A DNA stretch of 64,000 nt from an uncultured Nitrospirales bacterium (GTDB taxonomy: Bacteria; Hydrogenedentota; Hydrogenedentia; Hydrogenedentales; JAGMZX01), in contig CAZMVU010000001.1 in NCBI GenBank assembly GCA_964569295.1, positions 151,368 through 215,367 of the forward strand, written 5' to 3'. Below, one piece after another: positions 39,565 through 48,530 of this stretch. Every line of letters begins with the position of its first letter. Position 1 is the stretch's first letter. Under the pieces are notes generated by a model. That model did no database searches and had not been told where the DNA came from. It saw nothing but the letters and a program-made list of their open reading frames with translations. Made by a program: the position numbers and the translations under genes.

Positions 39565-42417
39565 TCATTCCTTGTAGGTCTCGAACTTCACTTCTATCGT
39601 CGCAATTTTCTGCGGCGGCACGTCCACCGGAACCAGGCCCGCATTCCGGTCCAGTGTGATGTCGCGCAGACGACCCTCATTGAGGTTGGTTTCCCACGCG
39701 GCGACGATGGGCGCAAAGAAGTGCAGGTTCCCCTGCTGCGTCTCGCCGGTGGGATTGTAGAGGCGCACTACCGCGGTGTCGAGGTCTTCGGTTTTCTTGA
39801 AGGCCGCGAACCGCAGGTGCGTGTTGTCGATGCTGAAGAGCGCGGCCTCGCCAGCGGGTAGAGCGCTGTGCACCGGCGCATGCTTGCGCGTCTGCACGAG
39901 GCGCGGCGCCACGTTGAACCGCTCGGCGTCGAGTGGGATTTCCGCGGCCTGCCAGTCACCCCGGTGCGGACGAATGGCGTAGCGGATGGTGTGCTGGCCG
40001 AGACATTGTCCGCCGTTCTGCGACGGAAACGACGACCCGACGCGCGTCTCTGTGCAAATCCAGTTTCGTACCGCCCGCAAGAGCGAGAGCTTCACGGTGC
40101 GCTCGCGGTTGTCGGTAACTTCGTATTCGGTAAGGGAGTTGTGGAAGAACGCCAGGCCGATGTGGCCGTCGCTCACGTCGACAAAGTTGTTGGTCGGCAG
40201 AGTGGCCATGTCAGGCCACACGCTGTCCGGCGCCGGGCCTTGTGGCCGTATCGCGCGCCGGTCCACGGTGAAGTGCCCGCCCGCGTCGGCATGGGTGGCG
40301 CTTGCGATCCCCGAGGGAAAACATGCGCGCAGGTAGTGGTCTTCGATCTGGTTGTCGAAATCGACGGTCACCTCGACCTGCTCCTCCCCCGCTTTCAACG
40401 TCACCGTCGTGCGGATGTTGAGATCGGCCATGGCACCGCCGCGCCGCTGCTGCTCGTGGTTACCGTGCTGCGGCAGGCGCAGGGTCACCTCGCTCACCAG
40501 CGACGCGCGCAGCGGGCCGCTCTCCTCTGCCCAGATGCGCGCCGCGCAGCCACGGGAGGTGAAGGTCTGCTGGTGCATGGGCCGCGCGTTAATCCAGTAG
40601 TCGCCGTGTTCACCGCGGTCTTCGTAGTAATTGAGGCCGGCGAAGGTGCGGCTGAGGCCCTTGTGCGTGAGGTCGAAGGTGCCGTTCGGGTTCATCTCGA
40701 TGCGAAGGTGCTCGTTCTCGAGCGTATTGGGCGCGGCGAGCAGCGTGCCCGTGCGTGCCTGGGAGTCTTGCCAGGGCACGCCCGATTCCTGCGCGTCGTC
40801 CATGGAGCCGATTCGGAACACTTTGTAGCCGCCCGCCGGCGCCTCGCCCGTGTCGAAGAAGATGCGGTGGCGCGTGCAGTTGAAGGGAAACGCCCGGGTG
40901 TGCAATTCACCCACGGGGTAGCAGTCGTTTTCGTAGCCTTCCCACTGCGTACCGAGCGGGTTTCCGGCGGCGTCGAACACTTGTAACTGGTTCGCCGGCA
41001 GCGGCCAGTGGGCGTTCGCGGCAATTTGCCCCGGCACGTTGACATACGCCTCGAGCACCTCGCGCCGCGCATAGGGCAGCGGGTTGAACACCACCAGCAA
41101 GATGTCCTCCTCCGCGAAGGCGGTGCAGTCGATGTCGCGCACCAGTTCCTGCATGGCACGGTCGCCGAGGGCCTCGGCTATCTCGATAACCTGGTCGAGC
41201 CGGTGACTCACATCCGCCGCCGTCTTATCCTGGGTGACGCCGTTGATCGAGTCGTGTGGATGTGATGCGAGCAGGTATTCCCAGGCCGTGCGCAGCAGGC
41301 GGTCGGGGAACTCGGCACCCGCCAAGGCCGCCAACACGCCGAACGGCTCCGCATAACGTATCAACAGGTTCTGGGCACGCTTGTTCTTCCGCTTGAGGTA
41401 CAGCCGCGTCGACAGCGCGTTGCCCGTCAAGGGGCCGGCCGGACCGTCACGCAGCTCGCCATCGACTACGGGTAGCTTGCCGCGGTCAATTTTCTCGCGC
41501 AGCACATCGAGATAGGCATCCATCGTGGTGTGTACCCACTCGCGCTCCGGGTCCGGGTCAACTTCGTTTACCCGCGCCATCATCTCCGGGAACATGGGCT
41601 GCGCGGCCGTGTAGTCGCACCCGTTCATCATGAGGCGGTCGTCGGGCAAGAGCGAGGCGTCCATCGTGGCCCACGCCGCCTCGACCTGTTCCGGCGTGAT
41701 AATTTCCGGGAACCAGCGGACGGGCGCATCGAGCATCTGGTGGTCCTGCTCGTGGTGTGCCGGGTCAGCGCGGTGATAGGCGAAACCGCCGTCTTCCCAG
41801 CGGTAAACCCAGCCCGGCCCTTCATGGTCCACGCCGAAGAGGCCCGTGAGGTGGATCTTGAAGTAGAAATTCTGGCGGCCCAGGTCGCCGAAGCGCGTCG
41901 AGAGCAGTTCCGAGCCATCCGGCCCGCGCCACAGGAACTCGCAGTGCGGCGCCCGCGCCTCGCTCACCCGTTTGCCGATAAGCGCTACGTCGATGCCGAA
42001 TCCCGCGTAAAGCTGTGGGAGCTGCGCCGTCTGGCCCCAGCCGAAGGGGGTATAGCCCGCATTGAACACACCGCCAAGGCGCTCGGCGAACCGCCGCCCC
42101 CACAGCAGGTTACGCACCATGGACTCGCCGTCGATGGGGTACTCATCCGGCAGGACGTACCATGGCCCTGTTTGCAGCTTGCCCTCGGCCACGAGCCGCT
42201 CGATACGTGCGCGCATCTCGGGCCGTATTTCGAGGTAGTCGAGCACCGGCGCCACCTGCCCGTCAAGCAGGAAGCCGGGGTATTTGCCATCCTCGAGCAC
42301 CTCGACCAGCTCATCCATGAAATCCTGGAGCATAAGGCGCGTACCCCAGATGGGATAGCGCCATTCCCGGTCCCAATGCGTATGCGATACCACGTAGGCC
42401 GTGCGTTTTTTCGGCAT
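39565..42417 (-). CDS. GH38 alpha-mannosidase / mannosylglycerate-hydrolase-like (cytosolic)
   Basis: GH38 N-terminal motif (AYVVSHTHWDREW), about 950 aa. Start at the ATG at 42417. The upstream 50-aa ORF extension was rejected. Confidence 0.88.
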   Translation of the reverse strand: MPKKRTAYVVSHTHWDREWRYPIWGTRLMLQDFMDELVEVLEDGKYPGFLLDGQVAPVLDYLEIRPEMRARIERLVAEGKLQTGPWYVLPDEYPIDGESMVRNLLWGRRFAERLGGVFNAGYTPFGWGQTAQLPQLYAGFGIDVALIGKRVSEARAPHCEFLWRGPDGSELLSTRFGDLGRQNFYFKIHLTGLFGVDHEGPGWVYRWEDGGFAYHRADPAHHEQDHQMLDAPVRWFPEIITPEQVEAAWATMDASLLPDDRLMMNGCDYTAAQPMFPEMMARVNEVDPDPEREWVHTTMDAYLDVLREKIDRGKLPVVDGELRDGPAGPLTGNALSTRLYLKRKNKRAQNLLIRYAEPFGVLAALAGAEFPDRLLRTAWEYLLASHPHDSINGVTQDKTAADVSHRLDQVIEIAEALGDRAMQELVRDIDCTAFAEEDILLVVFNPLPYARREVLEAYVNVPGQIAANAHWPLPANQLQVFDAAGNPLGTQWEGYENDCYPVGELHTRAFPFNCTRHRIFFDTGEAPAGGYKVFRIGSMDDAQESGVPWQDSQARTGTLLAAPNTLENEHLRIEMNPNGTFDLTHKGLSRTFAGLNYYEDRGEHGDYWINARPMHQQTFTSRGCAARIWAEESGPLRASLVSEVTLRLPQHGNHEQQRRGGAMADLNIRTTVTLKAGEEQVEVTVDFDNQIEDHYLRACFPSGIASATHADAGGHFTVDRRAIRPQGPAPDSVWPDMATLPTNNFVDVSDGHIGLAFFHNSLTEYEVTDNRERTVKLSLLRAVRNWICTETRVGSSFPSQNGGQCLGQHTIRYAIRPHRGDWQAAEIPLDAERFNVAPRLVQTRKHAPVHSALPAGEAALFSIDNTHLRFAAFKKTEDLDTAVVRLYNPTGETQQGNLHFFAPIVAAWETNLNEGRLRDITLDRNAGLVPVDVPPQKIATIEVKFETYKE

Positions 42418-42609
42418 GTTGCCCTCGCTGCTGATGCGTTGCGGTGACTCCCCAAGAAACAAGGCATTGTACGGAATACCACAGGGGACAGTCACCCCCG
42501 CCTGCGGTCGTGCATGCAGAAAGAATTTGCTATACTTAATGAAAGTTGCATCGCGTTGCCTTGACAAGGCTCGATGCGGACCGCGTGAACAGCCCGGCGA
42601 GAGATTCTA

Positions 42610-42825
42610 ATGACAAAGCTGAGTTCAGAAAGCATGACGATCCAAGAAAAACTGCGCGCTATGGAAGCGCTTTGGGACGACTTGGTCAGCCATGCGGACA
42701 AGGTAAATTCGCCCGCCTGGCACGATAAGGTGTTGTCTGATCGTGAGAAAGCCGTACAGCGCGGCGAAGAAGTCGCGGAAGACTGGGAAGCGGCGAAGCA
42801 GAGGATACGGCAGGAAGCACAGTGA
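42610..42825 (+). CDS. Addiction-module antitoxin component (TIGR02574-like)
   Basis: Pattern MTIQEKLRAMEALWDDL ... is typical of the putative addiction-module component. Its stop overlaps the downstream toxin ORF start. An alternative start lies at 42634. Confidence 0.6.
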   Translation: MTKLSSESMTIQEKLRAMEALWDDLVSHADKVNSPAWHDKVLSDREKAVQRGEEVAEDWEAAKQRIRQEAQ

Positions 42826-43116
42826 AGGTGCGGATTCTCCCCTCGGCCCAACGTGACCTTACTGAGGGCGGTCGTTTCTACGAGAAACAGGCACCAGGTA
42901 TGGGCGCCTATTTTCTCGACGCGCTCTTCGCAGATATCGACTCACTATATTCTGTACGGCGGCATTCATCCTGTCTTCTTCAAGCGCTTTCACCGTATGC
43001 TCTCGAAGCGCTTCCCATTCGCCATTTACTACCAGGTCCAGGAAAAAGCCGTAGTGGTTTATGCCATCCTGGATTGTCGGCGTGATCCAGCGTGGACACG
43101 AGAGCGGCTGACCTGA
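42822..43116 (+). pseudogene. RelE/ParE-family toxin disrupted by a +1 frameshift near 42945-42955
   Basis: Frame A (42822..) gives MKVRILPSAQRDLTEGGRFYEKQ ... FADIDSL, the toxin N-terminus. Frame B (ending at 43116) gives ... GGIHPVFFKRFHRMLSKRFPFAIYYQVQEKAVVVYAILDCRRDPAWTRERL, the toxin C-terminus. Together they make a normal roughly 95-aa toxin. No homopolymer lies at the junction. Confidence 0.6.
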
Positions 43117-43134
43117 GTGACCATTTTCACCTCG

Positions 43135-43233
43135 CTCAATGCTGTGGCCGGTCTCCTGACCACGCCACTCATCGCTGTGGCCGGTCTCCCGATCGCGCCA
43201 CTCATCGCTGTGGCCGGTCTCCCGACCGCGCCA
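43135..43233. repeat. Three tandem 33-bp direct repeats (ctcaWYgctgtggccggtctccYgaYcRcgcca), plus a degenerate 4th unit at 43234..43257
   Basis: Read directly: copies at 43135-43167, 43168-43200 and 43201-43233. An inverted 20-nt core copy (ggtcaggagaccggccacaa) lies at 43301-43320, and a short inverted fragment (gtggagacc) at 43271-43279. Confidence 0.85.
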
Positions 43234-43334
43234 CTCCTGCGACCGAAGGTCTCCCTCCCAGAATACAACAGTGGAGACCTTGCGGTCTGAACAGTCGCTC
43301 GGTCAGGAGACCGGCCACAACGTTAACCTGCCCC

Positions 43335-44498
43335 CTAACCCGCATCCTCCACAACCACCCTTTGCCGCGCAGCGTCAGAGATCCAGTCCTTCGCGCGGAT
43401 GTCTTCCTCTGTAAAAGTGGCCATGAGGATGTGCCGGGCGCCGCGGCGCTCGAAGTCGTAGATGCAGTATATGGTACCGTCGGCCGCCTGCACGGTGTCG
43501 GGATAGGAGACGCCCTTGCGCTCGTCAACGACGAGTCCCCCCTTCCAGCTCTTGCCGTCGTCTTCTGACAGGTAGGCCGTGAGGTGCGAGCGGGTCTTTT
43601 CATCGGGCGGGTTATGACGCACGAGCAGCAGGTTGCCCGAATCCAGTCGGCGGATGTGAAACCGCGCGGAGGGGTGCGGGATGCCGCTGGGTTCCCCGGA
43701 CGTCCAGGTCTTGCCTCGGTCCGTCGAGGTGCTCATGCCGATCCCGTACCGGGTACGCACGAGCATCCAGAGGGAGTCATCGGCCCTTTCGACGATCATG
43801 TGCTCGTCATAGGTGGTCTCCGGCACGAGCGCCTGGCCAAGGAACTCGATGGTTTCCCCCTGATCCGTCGAGATGTACACATTCGAACCGCCCCGGTCCC
43901 CGACATCGTGCGTGTATTCCTCTGGCGCTTTGGATCCCGTGTTGCGCCAGCCGGCAATCGGAAACAACCACTCGCCTGTATCGAGCGCGGTGGGCTTGTT
44001 CATCATGACGCCATCGGCGATACGCCGCGGCTCGGACCACCCGGGCCCCGCCTTGTCCGGCTCATCCGTGGTAATGCACCACACGCCGCCGCGGCCGTCC
44101 CACCACTGGTAGGCCTGCGCCCAGAACAGCCAGAGTACACCTTCCGGGTCCACCCATAGGCACGGGTCGTAGGCGCGGACCGGGTCGGCCGGGTCGATGA
44201 CGAGCACATCATCGGACCACGTGGCGCCGTCGTCGCCAGAGGTCTTGAGCACCACATAGTTCTCTGGCCCTTCGCCCTCGCCGCCGGTATACCATGTGGC
44301 CCAGAGGCGGCCCTCCGGTGCCCGCGCGATGCCCGGAATCCCCTGAAACTCCCGGTCCGCCGGGGCATATTCCGGGCCCGGATCAAGGTTCACCGGCGGC
44401 GCCTCCAATGCCGGCCCGTCTTTAATGTCTGCAAAAGCGGTGGTGGCAAAGGCCAGAATGCCTGACAGGGTAAGAAGAAGAATGTGACGCATGTTCAT
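43335..44498 (-). CDS. Secreted BNR/sialidase-fold glycosidase (second copy)
   Basis: Signal peptide (MNMRHILLLTLSGILAFATTAFA) and BNR motifs (SGDDGATW, STDQGET, STDRGKTW, SEDDGKSW). A GGGAG RBS precedes the ATG at 44498. Confidence 0.75.
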   Translation of the reverse strand: MNMRHILLLTLSGILAFATTAFADIKDGPALEAPPVNLDPGPEYAPADREFQGIPGIARAPEGRLWATWYTGGEGEGPENYVVLKTSGDDGATWSDDVLVIDPADPVRAYDPCLWVDPEGVLWLFWAQAYQWWDGRGGVWCITTDEPDKAGPGWSEPRRIADGVMMNKPTALDTGEWLFPIAGWRNTGSKAPEEYTHDVGDRGGSNVYISTDQGETIEFLGQALVPETTYDEHMIVERADDSLWMLVRTRYGIGMSTSTDRGKTWTSGEPSGIPHPSARFHIRRLDSGNLLLVRHNPPDEKTRSHLTAYLSEDDGKSWKGGLVVDERKGVSYPDTVQAADGTIYCIYDFERRGARHILMATFTEEDIRAKDWISDAARQRVVVEDAG

Positions 44499-44591
44499 GT
44501 TGTGGCTCCCGGGTTTTAACGCTTCAAAACGGGCATCCCCGCACTCAGGGGATAATAGCACCCGAAACCCGGCACGGGCCATACTGGCGGG

Positions 44592-45182
44592 ATGAGGCGG
44601 GCGCCTGCTAAGATCACGTCTACGGGCTGCCGGCACGAGAAGTCCCAATGCGTGCTTGCCTCCTGGAGTACACGCCACGTGAAACACAGTCTGACCACAA
44701 CCACGCTCACCCTACGCGAAGTGCGGCGGCACCCGTTGCGCATACTGCTCATTACTGTGGGCGCGGCGGTAGTGGCATGCCACGGCGGACTGCTGTATGC
44801 CACCATTCAATCCCCTGCGGACTTTGCGTCTAACGCGCCGTATGCCGCGCTCCTGCTCACGGCCGCCGCCGGGCTCACCGCGGCCTTGCTTCGGGGACGC
44901 GCAGCGGTGCGGGCAGCGCTGTACACGGCCGGGCTGCCGGCCGGCCGGATCCTGCGCATCGAGACTGCGCGGATTGCCGGCTTTGTTCTGCCAGGGGCGC
45001 TGCTGGGACCAGGGACTTGCTCCCTTGCGGTAACATGCCTCGGCGAGCCCTGCGAACAGCCGCTGCATGCGCTACCGCTGTTCCTCGCCGGCGGTCTTGG
45101 CCTTCTCCTCATGGTGCTGATGCTGGCACTGCCGTGCATCCTCACCGATCGAACGGGCACACGCCACGGAGATGCGGCATGA
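44592..45182 (+). CDS. Small polytopic membrane protein, translationally coupled to the ABC ATPase
   Basis: 4 to 5 hydrophobic segments. The stop overlaps the ATPase start (ATGA at 45179-45182). The true start may be internal. Confidence 0.45.
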   Translation: MRRAPAKITSTGCRHEKSQCVLASWSTRHVKHSLTTTTLTLREVRRHPLRILLITVGAAVVACHGGLLYATIQSPADFASNAPYAALLLTAAAGLTAALLRGRAAVRAALYTAGLPAGRILRIETARIAGFVLPGALLGPGTCSLAVTCLGEPCEQPLHALPLFLAGGLGLLLMVLMLALPCILTDRTGTRHGDAA

Positions 45183-45835
45183 TCCGCATGGAGCAGGTGG
45201 GCTTTGCCTATGGCCGTGGCCACACCGTGCAGGTTCTGCAAGGGGTTTCCTTCGAACTCACGGAAGGCAGTCTCGGCCTGGTGCTCGGCGGCACGGGCGC
45301 CGGCAAAACCACGCTCGTGCATATCGCGGCGGGACTGCTATCCCCCACCACTGGGAAGGTGACCGTCGCGGGGCGGCGTCTCAACCTGCTGCGCGGGAAA
45401 GAGCGGGCCAGTCTGCGCGCGCAGAGCGTGGCCCTGGTACCGCAATCCCCTGTGCTCGTGCCGTTTCTAACCGCCCTCGAAAACGTGCTGCTGCCCACCC
45501 TGACCGCGAAAGTAACCGCGCCCAACGCCCGGGCCGGACAACTCCTCGCGGAACTCGGCATGGCGCACCGGGCAAGGCACTTGCCCGCGCAGCTTTCTTC
45601 TGGCGAACGGCAACGCGTCGCCTTGGCCCGCGCATTGCTCACCCGCCCGCAGGTGGTCATTGCCGATGCCCCAGCCAGCCACCAGGACAATGACGGCGTC
45701 CGGCTCGTGTACGAACGGCTGGCACAGTGCGCGCGGGAAACGGGATTGACGGTGCTTATCGCGGCGACGGCGCCGTGCGAATACCTGCGCGAAGACCGCC
45801 GGTTCCAACTGCGCCATGGCGCCCTCGATGAGTAG
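45179..45835 (+). CDS. ABC transporter ATP-binding protein (LolD/FtsE/MacB-like)
   Basis: Walker A (GGTGAGKTT), signature LSSGERQR, and a Walker B variant (VVIADAP). Confidence 0.8.
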   Translation: MIRMEQVGFAYGRGHTVQVLQGVSFELTEGSLGLVLGGTGAGKTTLVHIAAGLLSPTTGKVTVAGRRLNLLRGKERASLRAQSVALVPQSPVLVPFLTALENVLLPTLTAKVTAPNARAGQLLAELGMAHRARHLPAQLSSGERQRVALARALLTRPQVVIADAPASHQDNDGVRLVYERLAQCARETGLTVLIAATAPCEYLREDRRFQLRHGALDE

Positions 45836-45838
45836 CCC

Positions 45839-46786
45839 ATGACCGCGCCATCGCACGCAAAACCGCGGGACGGCAACGCGCACATGTATGCCGTGCGGCG
45901 GGTGACAGTAGCCGGGCTCTTCATGAATCTGCTGCTGGCGGGCACGAAGTGCGGCATGGGCATACTCGGGCACAGCCAGGCCCTCGTGGCCGACGCCGTG
46001 CACAGCTTGACAGACTGTCTCACCGACCTGGTGGTTATTCTCGGAGCGCCGCTGTGGAGCGCTCCCGCCGATGAGAACCACCCCTATGGCCATGGACGCA
46101 TCGAAACGCTGGTCACCGTCATTATTGGAATCAGCCTCGGGGCGGCGGGGCTCAGCATCGCCTACAATGCGCTTGTCTCCCTGTCCAACCCGGCCGATAC
46201 ACAACCCGGATGGCTCGCGTTTGCCGGGGCCTGCCTGTCCATCGCCGTAAAAGAAACCCTCTACCAATGGACGGTGCGCACCGGCCAACGCGTCCGTTCC
46301 TCCGCATTGGCCGCCAATGCCTGGCACCACCGCACCGACGCCCTCAGCTCCGTGCCCGTGGCACTGGCCGTGCTGGGGACGCAGATCCAGCCGGCGTGGA
46401 TCTTCCTCGATCAGATAGGGGCGATCCTCGTCGCCCTGATGATTCTCCAGGCCACGTGGCATATCGTACGGCCCGCCCTCGACACGCTCATCGACCGCGG
46501 CGCCACAGCCAAGAAACGCGAATACCTGCGCAACATCGCGGCAGAAACAGCGGGTGTCGAGGCGATACACGCTTTCCGAACGCGCGACCTGGGAAACGGC
46601 CTGTCAGTAGACCTCCATGTATTGGTGCCCCCGCAGCTTACAGTCGGCGAAGGGCACGACATCGCCGGGGCGGTAAAGGCGCGGCTGCTCACCGATGACG
46701 ATGTGGTCGACGTGCTGGTACACATCGAGCCGTTCGACCCAGAACACCATAAGTCCCGGTCGTCCCAGCCACCCACAGTGCAATAG
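45839..46786 (+). CDS. Cation diffusion facilitator (CDF) family metal efflux transporter
   Basis: CDF signature region (NLLLAGTK ... ALVADAVHSLTD ... HRTDALSS) and a C-terminal cytoplasmic domain. Confidence 0.85.
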   Translation: MTAPSHAKPRDGNAHMYAVRRVTVAGLFMNLLLAGTKCGMGILGHSQALVADAVHSLTDCLTDLVVILGAPLWSAPADENHPYGHGRIETLVTVIIGISLGAAGLSIAYNALVSLSNPADTQPGWLAFAGACLSIAVKETLYQWTVRTGQRVRSSALAANAWHHRTDALSSVPVALAVLGTQIQPAWIFLDQIGAILVALMILQATWHIVRPALDTLIDRGATAKKREYLRNIAAETAGVEAIHAFRTRDLGNGLSVDLHVLVPPQLTVGEGHDIAGAVKARLLTDDDVVDVLVHIEPFDPEHHKSRSSQPPTVQ

Positions 46787-46956
46787 GGAACATGCACCCA
46801 TGGCTGCCGTGTTACTGACAAGGAAGCCGCGCTGCCTTTCGAACAGCGCCGTACCGCACCAGCGCACCTGCTGACGTCATCGCCCACAACAACTACCGGC
46901 ACCCGCCGCCCATACTGCCGCAATGCGCACCGAAATGCTTAAACGCTTCTCTTCGC

Positions 46957-48264
46957 TCACCCCAGCTTCCAGGGCTGCCGGTATTCGTACATGAGCTGGT
47001 CATTGGCGGCGTCGTTGTTGGTGATGCGCTCGGCCTTCGCATCCCATTCAAGGCGCGCTTTCGTCCACAGGCTGATGTTGCCGAGGTGGGCAAAGGTGGT
47101 GGACTTGTGGCCATCTTCCACATCGGCATGCGGCTTTTCACGCGTCTTGATGCAGTCAAGGAAGTTGCGCATGTGATCGGCGGTGAGGTTGCGGTTGCTT
47201 CCTTTGTCCGACCCTTCCGTAGGCTCCATGCGCGGATCACGGTTCTGGAACTGGCCACCACGCTCGGGAACGACGGTATAACCGTGGCCGGAAGCGTAGA
47301 CCGTGCCTTTCGTGCCGCGGATTTCGATCTCGGCGGACTTGGCAAAGATGGGGTTGCCGCTGGCTTCATACTGCCCGAAGATCACCAGCGCGCCCGAGGG
47401 GAGTTCGAAGACCGACTGCAACGTGTCAGGGACCGTGCGGTCGTCTTCCACGGCATACACCCCGCCCATAGACATCGCGCTCGTGGGCGCGTCTTCGCCC
47501 AGCAGCCACCGGAACAGGTCGAAATAGTGCACGCCCCAGTTCCCGAGTTGCGAGGAGTAGGATTTCCACCACCGGAACTTGTAGGGGTGGATGTTCGGCT
47601 GATACTCGCGCCATGCCTGCGGCCCGAGCCACATGTCCCAGTCGAGGTGTTCCGGCGGGTCCGTGGTTTCAGCCCGGCCCATGCCGCTGGGATACATGTT
47701 CGAGATACGGTAGCACGAGGCGGTTGTAACCTTGCCAATGCCGCCGCCCTGCACGAACTCGGCGAGCTCGGCGTACATGCCGCTCGAACGCCGATGCGTG
47801 CCCACCTGCACCACGCGCTTCGTGCGCCGCGCGGCCTCGACCATCTTGCGGCCCTCGACAATCTTGAGGGACAGCGGTTTCTCGACGTAAACGTCTTTCC
47901 CCGCTTCGCAGGCATCGATCGTTTGTAAAGCATGCCAGTGGTCGGGGGTGCCGATGACCACCGCGTCGATGTCGTCCCGCTCGAGGATGCGGCGGTAGTC
48001 GCCGTAGAGATCCAACTTGCCGCCGAGTTCCGTAGCCGCCTTCTCGAGGATGTTGCGATCCACGTCGCACAGGGCGACAATCTCGGCATCCTCATGTGGT
48101 TTGAGTGCGTCAATCAATTGCCCGCCACGGTTTGCCACACCGATACATCCGACGCGAATGCGTTCATTCGAACCATGGGCACGCGGCCCGGCCACGCTGG
48201 TGGCAACAGCCGCGGCCGCCACCGAGGTCTTCACAAAGTTTCTGCGCGTGAGTTCTCCGGCCAT
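46957..48264 (-). CDS. TAT-secreted Gfo/Idh/MocA-family oxidoreductase
   Basis: Twin-arginine signal (RRNFVKTSVAAAAVA), Rossmann GCIGVANRGG, and a strong AGGAGGAAG RBS before the ATG at 48264. Confidence 0.8.
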   Translation of the reverse strand: MAGELTRRNFVKTSVAAAAVATSVAGPRAHGSNERIRVGCIGVANRGGQLIDALKPHEDAEIVALCDVDRNILEKAATELGGKLDLYGDYRRILERDDIDAVVIGTPDHWHALQTIDACEAGKDVYVEKPLSLKIVEGRKMVEAARRTKRVVQVGTHRRSSGMYAELAEFVQGGGIGKVTTASCYRISNMYPSGMGRAETTDPPEHLDWDMWLGPQAWREYQPNIHPYKFRWWKSYSSQLGNWGVHYFDLFRWLLGEDAPTSAMSMGGVYAVEDDRTVPDTLQSVFELPSGALVIFGQYEASGNPIFAKSAEIEIRGTKGTVYASGHGYTVVPERGGQFQNRDPRMEPTEGSDKGSNRNLTADHMRNFLDCIKTREKPHADVEDGHKSTTFAHLGNISLWTKARLEWDAKAERITNNDAANDQLMYEYRQPWKLG

Positions 48265-48530
48265 GATGGACTTCCTCCTGTTGTGGGCATTAGGTGTACG
48301 AATGACTGTCCGGCCATTATTCACCACAAAACGCCGCCGTGCAAGAAAAGGATAGCGCGCGAGGACACGGCACATCTCACCCGCAAGATTGGCGTGACTG
48401 AAGAAAGAATGCCAGGGCGGCCAGAAAGGCCATTTCTACCCTTTTCGCCCAATGAAACCAACACCGCCAAACAAGAAAAGACGGCTTTCTCGCCGAACCC
48501 CGCGTATAACCGCCGTTTCTGGCCGGACTT

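Noticed and set aside
37057-40986. Plus-strand ORFs 37057..38436, 38367..39659 and 39868..40986
   Set aside because: They are antisense to the URO-D-like, PfkB and GH38 genes, which all have strong homology signals.
43135-43260. A CRISPR-array interpretation of the 33-bp repeats
   Set aside because: The repeats are directly abutting with no spacers and no cas genes are nearby. A tandem repeat or iteron is the better description.
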